Below are positions 44,497-56,007 of a stretch of 64,000 bases of DNA, piece by piece (position 1 is the stretch's first letter; each line of letters opens with the position of its first letter). The stretch is from Diplonema japonicum. Lineage: Eukaryota; Protista; Euglenozoa: Diplonemea. The DNA lies in contig OZ025667.1 in the NCBI GenBank assembly GCA_964019335.1, forward strand, positions 186,001 to 250,000. The letters are read 5' to 3'. Made by a program: the position numbers and the translations under genes. The notes beneath the pieces are model-generated. The model saw nothing but the letters and a program-made list of their open reading frames with translations. It did no database searches and was not told where the DNA came from.

Positions 44497-47400
44497 GAGC
44501 GATTGGGTGGATGCTGCTATGCTGCAAGCCGAGAGGGATGGCGTGGAACCATGCCACACCTTTGCCAGGCAGGCCACCAACACGAAGACGCGTATCGACT
44601 ACGTTCTGCTGAACCCGATCGCGGCGGCAGGCCTACAGAAGGTGTGGGTACACGACGCAGTCTACACCAACGAGCACCGCTGCCTCTCAATCCAGCTCCG
44701 GATCCCGGCCCTCAAGTGCATGACGAGGAAATACTTCGTCCCGAGGGAGTTGCCGATGGAAGCTGCTGATGGTGACCGAGTTGCTGAGCTGCTACAGGTC
44801 GGGGGATTTGCGCAGAAGCTGGGCGACGGCGACATTGACGATGCGTATAGTACGTTAGCGTGCGTTTCGGAGGAATGCTGCATCGGGGACCTGCCAGCGG
44901 TGAGACGGAGGGCCTACGTCGGGAGAAGCGTGGCGCGACAACCAAAGGAGAAGTGCCTGTCGGCGAAATCTGTGGTTGAGGCGACAGGTGCGGCAGTGGG
45001 CTGGCAGAAGTGCATCGCCGAGGTGAAGCGGAAAGTCTCGCACATCCTTGCGGGAGTCCAAGATTTGCTCGACAGGGGACTAGCAAGCAACATGCCGGAG
45101 CAGCTGCTGAGGACTTGGGCGAATGCTATAAAGGTGTTAGCGAAGCTCCCGCAGCTTCCGAGATGCGAGGTGGGTCTGATGAAGGACAATTTTGAAACGA
45201 TTATCATCAAACTTCAACGCCTAGACGACGACCTGTCCGCTCTGGCGCGAGTGATCGCAAAGGACGCGAGGGTCGAGCGTGAAAGGAAGTATGAAGAGAG
45301 GATCAACACCCACTTCAAGGAGGAACGGAAGAGGGTGACCGCCTTCGTGAAGGGCACAACGGCATCAGCAACGCAGGCAGTGGAAGGCGACGGGGTTCTC
45401 ACGGCAGATCTTGAAGAGATGGACAAGATGATGCACAAGGAGTGGGACCCTATTTTTCAGCTGTACGGTGGGGATCGAGGAGAGCCGCAGTACAACGCCT
45501 TTAGAACGAGGTACAGGGAGTACATCGTGTCGCAGAAGATGGAACTTCGACCACTTACAGGAGAGGATCTGAGGGCGGTGTTGGCCAAGAAGTCAACGAG
45601 AACGGCTCCAGGGGTGGATGGATGGAGGATGGCGGAACTGCGTGCCATGCCGGTAGTACTGCTGGATGCTTGGGCCGAGCTGTTCAACGCAGTCGAGACG
45701 ACAGGGAAGTGGCCGAAAGCACTCCTGACAGCGCTGGTGACGTTGATCCCGAAGGGTGGCGAGAGGACTCCTCTGAACCATCGGCCGATCACAGTCACGA
45801 GCGCGGTCTATCGGCTGTGGGCATGTGCGAGGCTGCGTGACATCACGCTGTGGCAAGAGAAGTGGATCGACGACTCTCAGCATGGTTTCAGACCGAAGAG
45901 AGGCACGGATAGCATTCTGATGGAGCTCAGTACACAGCTCGAAGAGGCGCTGTTGACAGGCACCCCTCTCAACGGCATTGCGTTGGATTTTGTCAAGTGC
46001 TTCGACAGAGTCCCACAGCAGATAGCTTTTGGCCTGATGCAAGATCTCGGTTTGCACGAGCGGATACTGACCCCCTTGAAAGCTATGTATGCGAACCTGA
46101 AGCGGCGATTCCGTTTCCCGACAGGTGTTGGCTCAGAGTTCCGAGTGACGAATGGTATCCTGCAAGGGTGCCCCATCTCGGTAATCATGGTGAACGCCTT
46201 GGTGTCGGTGATGGTGAAGTGCGTGATGACGGAAGTACCAGGAGCTTGGTCACTTTCGTACGCGGATGACGTGTACCTCCTGGCGCGTTTAGCGGAGGTC
46301 CTGACAAGGGCGACCAACAAGGTGATCGAGTTCGGGGACCGGACAGAGATGCGCCTCAACGGAAAGAAGTCGCAGGGATTCTCGACGAAAAACGAGATCG
46401 GCCCTAGTTTAGTATGCACCGGTTCCTCGTTCAAGGTAGCTGGGGAGATCAAATCACTTGGCGTGAACCTGAGCATGGATGGGAATCACAGGCTGGACAA
46501 GCTGGACGCAGCGGAGGGACGCCTGACCCGTCTCGGAGCTTTGCCACTAGGGTTTGAGAACAAGTCGACGATGTTGACGAGCACTGTGCTACCGTCGTGT
46601 CTGTACGGAGCAACGTATGCGGCACCCTCGGACGACCAGCTGAAGAAGATGTGTACAGCGGCAGTGGTCTCCCTGTGGGGCCCCCAGTTCGGGATGAGAA
46701 ACCCCGTGTCTGTACTGAGCGTTCTGCTGCCAGGGCATACGGCACATCCGCTGTCGAAGGTCATCTACGGAACGATAAACAGCTTGGTCCGGGAGAGCCT
46801 GGCCTCTCCGCGTTTGCGGCAGCGTGTTGGTGAGATCATTGGTCTATACCAGGACCGTGATGACGATGAGGTGATGGGTCCGATTGGAGTCCTGCGGAAC
46901 AGATGGCTCCCCTTTCTGGGGAAGGGATGGTCCTTTGTGGCCGACCTGCACGGAGATACAGCGGTGGCTCACAAAGTGAGGCAAGCCATCAGACCGGCAG
47001 TTGCGAAGAGGCTGATCGAGAAGAGATCAACCTTCGTGGGGATGGAGGCAGGGGCGTGCCCGTCCACGAACTATTGGTGGAAAAAGCTCCAGGCCCGGAG
47101 ACCGTTGGTGTCCTTTAGGTTGCGGCGCATCATTAGTGGTGCAGTGTTCACGACTCACCCGAGGGTGTGGGGGAGAAAATTGGATGGCCCTGGTGTGGAA
47201 AACCCAGCATTAGCGTGTGACGTTTGCGACCACCGGTCCCAGACAACGACCAGCATGACGGAGCATGCACTGTGGGAGTGCGAGCCGGCAAGGAGTGTGT
47301 TGGAAAGCGAGCAATACGCAGAGGTGAAGCGAGAAGGCCTCCCAGCTGCCACAGCCCTTCACGGGATAGTCCCAAGAGGAGCCGACAAAGCAGGGAAAGA

Positions 47401-48097
47401 ACGTGCCAGGATGGTGCAACAATACCTCCTGAAAGTAGTGACGGTCCGTGACGCCAGAGCAGCGGAAAAAAGCAAGAGAGTGCTCACCTCCAACCCTTGG
47501 GATGAGGTAACGACAGGGAGGCAACATGATGTTCCGACGGAAGCGTTGCTGAAGGCGAACGGGGCGTCAGGCGCGGTCCTGACCTTTCATCTGAAGAACG
47601 TCCTCAAGTGGCTAAGAGGCCTACGATGGTACGATGGTAAGAAGAAAACTTCCGTCACTACAATGGAACTCGCCATAGACTATGAGCAGACCACCCGCCG
47701 GTCACTCATAGGTCCCCTCGACGATCAGGACCTGCTCACGGAGAAGGCCGCAAGGATGCGATACATCTTGGGTCGCATCCAGAAATGCTCAGCACGCTGT
47801 GGAAGGTCAGCCTTCCCCGCCAACGCCAAATCAAGGGTGCATACCCTTCGACATCTTGGGGGCCCGACGGCACACGGCTACGACAGGAGACCACTCTTCT
47901 CCTCGAGCCAAACCCCCCCCTACCTAGCACGACTCCAAGCAGTGTTTCTCGCCCAGATGCCGTCCATCTCATCGCGACAAACAGCCACCGCAGGCACCAG
48001 ACAGCAACCGCAGAACGGTGACCGATTAGTGTGAATTTCTACCTGAACAGTGAGCACCCCCATGCACACTGAAATTTTATCGAGTTTTTTTTTTTTT
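44497..48097 (+). mobile_element. 5'-truncated non-LTR retrotransposon (end of APE endonuclease, RT, CxxC..H..C zinc finger, C-terminal domain); ORF open to 48034
   Basis: TRIDYVL and NEH (APE end); APGVDG, RPIT, QHGFR, LDFVKCFDRV, GILQGCPIS, YADD; CDVC..EHALWEC. 3' end ATCGAG(T)13. Confidence 0.95.
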
Positions 48098-49030
48098 CCG
48101 GTTCTTTTTTCAGTAGTTATCGCTTCATTGTTTATCTAGAAGGGACAAAGAACGAAATGAAAAGAAAGGAAAAGAACATGGGTGAATGGGGGGGATAATA
48201 AATATTTCCTCGTTGCACCTACACCCTGTAATGCCCTGTGCCTGGTTTTCTATCCCTTGTAAAGAGGGAGATTGGGGGTCTGCCCCCCCGCTCTCCCCTT
48301 TCCCCCCCTTCTTTGTTCTGTTCTTTTTTTGCGTTAAAAAAAAAGAAATGAAATTAATTTTTGTATTAAAAAGAATCCGTTTTTTTTTCTTCCTCGTTTT
48401 TCTCCAAAGGGCGCTTCACTCTTTCCTTTGCTGGGGGGTCTCATTTAGGTGCAAACAGGGGACACAGAGCGCAAAAAAAAAAAGGCTCTCCTGCCCTGTT
48501 GCATTCGAGAGTGCATCAACAAACCTAGAGATCTCCCAACCCCCTCTCCCCCTCTTCCTTGTACCCTGTCAATTAAGTCTACAATTAAGTACATGGATGA
48601 AACATTTTCTTTCTTTTTTCTTTCTTTATTCTGCGACAGCGCGGAGGGGGGGACAAAAATAAAAATAAAAAAGAAATTTATCGGCTACCCAATAAAAAAA
48701 CAAAGATTCCGTTTCTTTTTTTTTTTTAAGCCATCCACAGTAACTGGATACAGACACGTGGTGGCCTATACTTCTTTTTTTTTTTCTCTTCTTTCTCTTG
48801 CTCCAAATGCAGCAGGGAGCAAAATGACGGCAAAAAGAAATTCGTGCCCTTCTCCCTTTTGTTCTGCCTTTTTTTTTTTTTGTCTTTTCTATTCTTTCCT
48901 CTTTGAAGATGAAGAAAAAGAAAATTGAACGAAAATATTATTTCGTAAAGAAAATGGCGGTGACCACCGCCCAAAAGAAGACAACTAACGAGCAGAAATA
49001 AAGAAGGAAACCCTAGCTACCCCGGTGCTT

Positions 49031-49180
49031 CCCTTGGCCGGGTCTGGGTGTGTAACGACACTCCCCTTAAGCGAGGTCTGACGGGTGCTCGGCAGAGAGA
49101 CAAGAATAACAAACCTTGGCCAGCTGTTATCAGCTTTTGCACTACACGCCCTTTGACTTGTGTCACCTTAATGTTAAAGA

Positions 49181-49214
<34 letters not shown>
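49031..49214 (+). mobile_element. SINE/RIME-like retroposon, copy 3 (internally deleted)
   Basis: Matches both ends of 1313-1577; ends aagaagag(T)~30. Confidence 0.7.
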
Positions 49215-49543
49215 CTTTCCGTTTCCGCCCCCCTTTTTTTTATTCGTTTTGTATTTTTTTTTTTTTGAGAGGTTAAAAAAGTTTTTAACTATTTCTTTAT
49301 TTTTTTCTTCTCTTTTTTGGGGGGGACTTTCTCTCCCTCCAAAAAAAAGAAGGAAAAGCACGAGTACCTGTTCCCCCCCCCCCCCAAGAAAATACCGCTC
49401 TCTTCTACTCCCCCTCCCCACCTTTTTTTTTTCTTCCAAAAAGATTCCCTTTTATCAGCTATTATCAAAAAAACATCAGACGACACGAAAAAGAAAAGAA
49501 AAAAGAAGAAAAAGAAAACTACTAAAACAAAAAGAAGACACCA

Positions 49544-50380
49544 ATGTCCACCCCCAACCCCTTCTACTTCGGCTACGGGTCGAACATGCTAAAGGCAAAC
49601 CTTGTCGGCTTAAAGAGAGTGGAACCTGTAAACATGATACCTGGGGTTCTGAAGGGCTACGAGCTGGACTTCTCATACACTTCTAACGGGCTTGGGACAG
49701 GGAACATCACAGCAAAGGAAGACAGCGAGGTACACGGCGCACTTATAGAGATCACCCCCGATGGATGGGAAAAGCTGAAACAATTTGAGGCGGGCTACAA
49801 AGAACTGAGGAAGATAATAACACCGTACAAAGGAGAGCCTGTCGAGGCGTCTGTCTTCATCGTGACACAAGAGGACGCACCCGACAGGTACGACAAGGAC
49901 GGGCAGCCCTCTGCCAACTATTTAGAAATTCTCATCAAAGGCGCCGAGGAGCTCAACGTTGATGCCATCTATGTTGATGAAAAACTGAGAACAGTCAAAC
50001 CAGCGAAGCAAAGGACTAAACTGACCCCTGAGGAGGCCGAGACAGTCCACAGCACTACGTACTCTATAGACGAAGTAAAGGCCCTCACAGACACGAGCGA
50101 AGACACCCCTGTCAAGGTGGTCAGAGGGATTGTCGTGCAGTGCTCCAGGAAGCTGCCTGTACCAATGCTGGACATTACACACGTGATGGCGAACAGGTGG
50201 GTTCACGCTACACCTGAGAACACGGCGTCCCCTGACCAGTACCCCCCTGAGCTTGTGGAGTACCTTCAGGTTGCACTTTACGACGAATTATTCCACAGGT
50301 TCGGGATGGACATCCTTGGCAAGCTTGCCACCGGTCATGATGATTTCCTTGGCTATGACGATTATCCTGAGCACCTTTAA
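49544..50380 (+). CDS. Gamma-glutamylcyclotransferase (GGCT/AIG2-like) protein, paralog 1
   Basis: FYFGYGSNM, VHGAL, LKQFEAGY, PSANYL..LIKGA motifs. Confidence 0.88.
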   Translation: MSTPNPFYFGYGSNMLKANLVGLKRVEPVNMIPGVLKGYELDFSYTSNGLGTGNITAKEDSEVHGALIEITPDGWEKLKQFEAGYKELRKIITPYKGEPVEASVFIVTQEDAPDRYDKDGQPSANYLEILIKGAEELNVDAIYVDEKLRTVKPAKQRTKLTPEEAETVHSTTYSIDEVKALTDTSEDTPVKVVRGIVVQCSRKLPVPMLDITHVMANRWVHATPENTASPDQYPPELVEYLQVALYDELFHRFGMDILGKLATGHDDFLGYDDYPEHL

Positions 50381-50450
50381 AAAGAAGAAAAAGACTTGGT
50401 TAACGTTGTCGAGACTTAAATACCCCTCGTGAGTACAAATTAATGAAGCA

Positions 50451-50492
<42 letters not shown>

Positions 50493-50991
50493 TGCAAACT
50501 GAGAAAATAACTGGATCTTTAAAGGATTCTTTCCAGTTGCTTTATTTCTCTCTCTCTCTCTCTCTCCCCCCCCCCCCTCCATTCTTTTCTTTAGCCCCTA
50601 GAGGGGGGAAAAGAAAAGGGACGAAAAACCTCTTTTTAAAACTTTTTTTTCTCACAGAAACGTGAAGAACGTACCACAAAAGGAAAGATTATTTTCTTTT
50701 CTTTTCTTTTTTTTTTTTTTTACGTAGTACCACTTCGGTACAGATTTGTTTTTTTTCCCCTTCTTTTCTTCAAACCTTTCCCTTCGTATCTAACTCTGAG
50801 CAGCATCAGAAAACAAGTTGTGTCCGTACCGCATCCTTGCTGTTGCTTTTTTTTTTTTTTTTTTTTTTTTTTTTCGCTCAAGTTCTCTCTAGTTTTAAAC
50901 TTCATATTTGTGTCCTCACCCCCCCCCCCCCCCCCCCTTACGAGAAAAAGTAAACCAAAGGGGGGAGGAAGAAAGGAAAAGAAAAACACCA

Positions 50992-51813
50992 ATGTCCACC
51001 CCCAACCCCTTCTACTTCGGCTACGGGTCGAACATGCTGAAGGCAAACCTTGTCGGCTTAAAGAAAGTGGAACCTGTAAACATGATACCTGGGGTTCTGA
51101 AGGGGTATAACCTAGACTTTTCCTACACCCTGAACGGGCTTGGGACAGGGAACATCACAGCAAAGGAAGACAGCGAGGTCCACGGTGCACTCATAGAAGT
51201 AACCCATGCAGGTCTGGAGAAGCTAAAGCGGTTCGAAGCCGGCTACAAAGAAGTCAAGAAGATAATAACACCGTACAAAGGAGAGCCTGTCGAGGCGTCT
51301 GTCTTCATCGTGACACAAGAGGACGCACCCGGCAGGTACGACAAGGACGGGCAGCCCTCTGCCAACTATTTAAAGATTCTCATCAAAGGCGCCGAGGAGC
51401 TAGGCGTTGAAAATACTTATATCGAAAGGCTACGAACCCACACACCAATACAACAAAGGGACCATTTGACCCCTGAGGAGGCCGAGAAGATCCACAGAAA
51501 GGAATTCACAGTTGAGGAGGTTCAGGTGGCTGCGAAAGCCGCACGTACCACGGTAGTGAGAGGAATTGTCATGGGGTGTGCAGGCCTTCCTATTGTATCT
51601 TTTGACATTACACACGTGATGGCGAACAGGTGGGTTCACGCTACACCTGAGAACACGGCGTCCCCTGACCAGTACCCCCCTGAGCTTGTGAAGTACCTTC
51701 AAACTGCTATCTATGATGAGCTGATCATGAGGTTCAAAACGGAAATCCTTGGCAAGCTTGCCACAGGCCACCCTGATTACCTCGGCTATGATGAGTATCC
51801 TGAGCACCTGTGA
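50992..51813 (+). CDS. GGCT-like protein, paralog 2
   Basis: Same motifs; starts MSTPNPFYFGYGSNM at ATG 50992. Confidence 0.88.
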   Translation: MSTPNPFYFGYGSNMLKANLVGLKKVEPVNMIPGVLKGYNLDFSYTLNGLGTGNITAKEDSEVHGALIEVTHAGLEKLKRFEAGYKEVKKIITPYKGEPVEASVFIVTQEDAPGRYDKDGQPSANYLKILIKGAEELGVENTYIERLRTHTPIQQRDHLTPEEAEKIHRKEFTVEEVQVAAKAARTTVVRGIVMGCAGLPIVSFDITHVMANRWVHATPENTASPDQYPPELVKYLQTAIYDELIMRFKTEILGKLATGHPDYLGYDEYPEHL

Positions 51814-52434
51814 TGGGGTGATGGGGGCACTAACCCGAAACACTCAAAAGAAATACCTGTCTCTACCTTCGTTGTTTGGTTGAAGGATGCAACTGGCACG
51901 CTTGTCGTCCATCGTCCACACGCTCTCAGACAAGTACGGTACGCCCCTGTCTCTTCTATTTTCCGGGGACATGGTGGTCTTCGGTGTAGTCATTGAGCTG
52001 CTTGAAGCGCCTTGCGAGAGCTTGGGTAGGGTTGGAAGTGAGTTGCAATATCTGAACCTAAAGCATGGGTGGAGACTCTCTTGCATTTTTTCCCCCCTTT
52101 CTTCTTCTTCTTTCTGTCTGCCTGTTTCTTTTTTTTAGGAACTCACACCACAAGAGGCTGTCCTCGAGTGGGATTGTCTTTTACTATGAGTTTTCTTTTT
52201 TATCTCTTTCTTTCTTTTTTTGACCGTGCAATTTCAACAACCAGGGTTCACGTAAAAGTCAAAAAGAAAAGAAAAGATTTAAAAAAAAAAAAAAAAAGCG
52301 TTTTCTCTGGCAGGTTTCTTTTTTTTTTTTTTTTTTTTTTTTTTTTGTACCTCAAGAACCTCCGCGTTCCTTACGTAAAAAGAATATCATTGAACCACAA
52401 AAAAAAAAAGGTCTTAACCTAAATTTAAAAGAAA

Positions 52435-53265
52435 ATGACGGGATCTGACACCCCCACCGTTTTCTACTTCGGCTACGGGTCGAACATGCTGAAGGCGAAC
52501 CTCGTCGGCGTGAAGGGTGTGGAACCGGTGAGGATGATACCCGGGGTTCTAAGGGGGTACGAGCTGGACTTCTCCTTCACCCAATGCGGGATGGGAACAG
52601 GGAACATCACAGCAAACGAAGACGAAGAGGTCCACGGCGCACTCATCGAGGTCACTCGCGATGGATGGGAAAAGCTGCAACGCTTTGAGTCCGGCTACAA
52701 GGAGGTCAAGAAGATGGTGACACCGTACAAAGAGAGGATCCCTGTCGAGGCGTCTGTCTTCATCGTGACACAAGAGGACGCACCCGGCAGGTACGACAAG
52801 GACGGGCAGCCCTCTGCCAACTATTTAGAAATTCTCATCAAAGGCGCCGAGGAGCTTGGCATTGACCAAGCTTACGTCAAACAACTGAAAAATGTGGAAC
52901 CAGTGAATCAGAGGACCCAACCCACCCCAGACGAGATCGAAAAGATCAACAGCAAGACGTTCACAATTGACGAGGTTAAAGCATTGGAAGGGGCACCTCA
53001 CACAATCATTAGAGGAATTGTGCTTTCTTGTCCTGGATTGCCTGTTGTGTCCATTGACAGCACTAGCTCCCTGGCGAACAGGTGGGTTCACGCTACACCT
53101 GAGAACACGGCGTCCCCTGACCAGTACCCCCCTGAGCTTGTGAAGTACCTTCAAGTTGCACTTTATGATGAGTTGATCACAAGGTATAGAGTGAAGATTC
53201 TTGGCAAGCTTGCCACGGGACATGACGGGTCCCTTGGTTACGATGACTATCCTGAGCACTTCTGA
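52435..53265 (+). CDS. GGCT-like protein, paralog 3
   Basis: FYFGYGSNM, LQRFESGY. Confidence 0.88.
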   Translation: MTGSDTPTVFYFGYGSNMLKANLVGVKGVEPVRMIPGVLRGYELDFSFTQCGMGTGNITANEDEEVHGALIEVTRDGWEKLQRFESGYKEVKKMVTPYKERIPVEASVFIVTQEDAPGRYDKDGQPSANYLEILIKGAEELGIDQAYVKQLKNVEPVNQRTQPTPDEIEKINSKTFTIDEVKALEGAPHTIIRGIVLSCPGLPVVSIDSTSSLANRWVHATPENTASPDQYPPELVKYLQVALYDELITRYRVKILGKLATGHDGSLGYDDYPEHF

Positions 53266-53474
53266 TTATGGTGTGGAGCAGCACCCGTGTTGAGCTAGCA
53301 TCCACGTGTGTTGTGGAAACAACTACAGGATTTATTTTGAGTAGAAATGATGCTAGTCTTGTCATTGATGTCGCAGAGAGAGAGAGAAAGTCCGCTTGAA
53401 TTGCGCTCTTTTCCTTTCATGCGCCTAGGCACTAGCATCAATTTTTCTTTTTTTTTTTTTTTGTCCTGCACTTT

Positions 53475-53519
<45 letters not shown>

Positions 53520-54063
53520 TTTCCCCCCTAAATTCTATTCTTGCTCCCCTACCATCTGCTCGACAATTACAACGCTTAATTGTTCCGTGTTTCCAAAAAA
53601 AAAAAAAAAAAACAACAAAAAAAAAATGAACAAACAAAACAAAACAAAACAAAAAAAACTCTTCCCCTCCCCCCTGGTTTGCACGGTATTTTCGTTGCAG
53701 GCCAATGGCTCTTTATTAAGTTCTCACTCTTTCTTTTTTTTTTTCCTTTTTTTTTCCTTTTTTTTTCTATTCTTGATGGGTGTCAAAAAAAAAAGACACT
53801 ATTTGTCCCTCCATCATAGAACAAAAAAAAAGGGGGAAAAAAAAGGGAAAAAAAAAAAAGAAATATTCCTCTCTGATTGATTTCAATACACCTCCCCCCT
53901 TGGGAGCACTGATTAACCGGCTACCCGGCTCTGATTTTCCTTTGTGAATATAAGTTTGCACACTTTTTTTTTTTTTAAAAAGTTTTTTGACACTTTGTTA
54001 TTTAAATGCTGTGGAACATAAAAGGTGATGTGGCTGAGTGTCTACCTGCATAGTAACAAATGG

Positions 54064-54372
54064 AAAAAAATATTGCTGCCAACAAAAGACTTGGCCATTT
54101 CTTCAAGGTTTCCTCAGTACCATCGAGGGCACGAGATGATATAAAATGTAGAAACCGAGAGGCGAGAGGGCTGTGCAAGTCGTTCTTTAGCAGTAGGTAA
54201 GATGTTTTATGTTTTTATCTCACGAACACTCTGAAATCACTTCTCAATGGGTGGAAAAAGCTCAACCTGCTAGGTATGTTATTTACCGAAACGGCCGACG
54301 CGAACTTCAAAGTAAAAAACCCCCTGAGTGCGAGAAATTCCAGTGCGAAAGAAGTGAAAATAGGAATAAATA
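54064..54372 (-). mobile_element. Helentron/HINE-like element, copy 3 (inverted, degenerate)
   Basis: Reverse complement gives gaagtgatttcagagtgttcgtgagataaaa..cttacctac and ttgttggcagcaatattttttt, matching the 3' end of copy 2. Confidence 0.55.
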
Positions 54373-54910
54373 AATTAACTGCTTCCCCTGCCCTCTTTTT
54401 TTTTTTTTTTACACTTCTTTCTTCCCCACGACACACTCACTTTCTTTCTTTCTTTCTTCCTTCCTGTTTTCGCCCCACCCAACCCAACCCTACCGCATCC
54501 TTCAGCGCAGGGAACGCAACCGCAAGCGCGGAAAACCAAAGTTGTTTGAGTCGTACGCCGGGCGGTTTATGAAGCAACTAAAATCATTCTTCTTCCTCTG
54601 TTTTTTTTTTTTTTTTTTTTTTTTTTTTCTCTAAATGATAAGCTAGACAAGTTGGTCTCCATTTTTTTTTTTTTAATTTTTGTGCCGAGCAAAAGATTAC
54701 ACTGGTATACTTCTTTTTTCATTCTACCTCACTTCTTTTGCTTAAAGCAAAAAAAAAAAAAAAAAATGCTCTTGCTCAAAGCAAAAAAAAAAAAAAAAAA
54801 ATACCCAAGAAAGCCGACAAGCTGTCTAAGCTATTATTTCCCCCCTCTCTTCTTCACCCCATTCTATGTAACATGAAACAAGCGAACTCAGGTGACACAT
54901 ACAAAACAAA

Positions 54911-55750
54911 ATGACTACCCAGCCCCCCAACCCCTTCTACTTCGGCTACGGGTCGAACATGCTAAGGGCAAACCTTGTCGGCTTAAAGGGCGTCACTCCG
55001 GTAAACATGATACCTGGGGTTCTAAAGGGCTACGTACTAGACTTCTCTCTAACACTTAACGGGCTTGGGACAGGGAACATCACAGCAAAGGAAGACAGCG
55101 AGGTCCACGGTGCACTCATAGAAGTCACATCTGAGGACAGGACTAAACTTCGTAGATATGAAATTGGCTATAAAGAAATCAAGAAGATGGTGGCCCCGTA
55201 CCACGGAGGGGAACCCGTCGAGGCGTCTGTCTTCATTGCAGAGGAGGATGAGTACCCGTTCAAATACTTGACGGAAAGCCTGCCTGCTGCGAACTATTTG
55301 GGCATCCTCGTGAAGGGTGCAAAGGAACTTGGTGTTGATAGCACTTATGTTGAAAAGTTAAGCAAACAGAAATCTGCGGAACAGAGGTCCCAGCTGACTC
55401 CTGAGGAGGTCGAGAAGGTCCACAGCAAGACGTTCACAGTGGATGATGTTGAAGCACTTGTACTGCGTGGTGATCACAGAGTAGTGAGGGGCATAGTCCT
55501 GTCATGCCCTGGTTTGCCTATCGTTTCCTTTACATCTCATGACATTACACACGTGATGGCGAACAGGTGGGTTCACGCTACACCTGAGAACACGGCGTCC
55601 CCTGACCAGTACCCCCCTGAGCTTGTGGAGTACCTTCAAACTGCTATCTATGATGAGCTGATCATGAGGTTCAAAACGGAAATCCTTGGCAAGCTTGCCA
55701 CAGGCCACCCTGATTACCTCGGCTATGATGAGTATCCTGAGCACCTGTGA
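54911..55750 (+). CDS. GGCT-like protein, paralog 4
   Basis: FYFGYGSNM, LRRYEIGY; C-terminus nearly identical to paralog 2. Confidence 0.88.
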   Translation: MTTQPPNPFYFGYGSNMLRANLVGLKGVTPVNMIPGVLKGYVLDFSLTLNGLGTGNITAKEDSEVHGALIEVTSEDRTKLRRYEIGYKEIKKMVAPYHGGEPVEASVFIAEEDEYPFKYLTESLPAANYLGILVKGAKELGVDSTYVEKLSKQKSAEQRSQLTPEEVEKVHSKTFTVDDVEALVLRGDHRVVRGIVLSCPGLPIVSFTSHDITHVMANRWVHATPENTASPDQYPPELVEYLQTAIYDELIMRFKTEILGKLATGHPDYLGYDEYPEHL

Positions 55751-56007
55751 TGGGGTGATGGAAGATGAACAGATTTACATAATTTCACTCCGAGTTTTTT
55801 TCTTCTTCTTTTTTTTTTCTTTTGGGATCCTGAAGAACCCTATTTCTTAATATGCTTCTCAATTCACTGAGCTTTCGTGGCCCTACCTTGCTTCGCCTCG
55901 AGGGCTCAGATTTGTTTCTCTGCATTTGCTAACTTTACCTTTACCTATTCCTTCCCCCCCCCCCTTTTTTTTTCCAACGAGCCCTCACAGGTGGGGTGCG
56001 GTTTACT

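Noticed and set aside
51845-52085. Possible small gene between GGCT paralogs 2 and 3
   Set aside because: Coding-like composition but no convincing ORF or motif; may be UTR or a decayed fragment.
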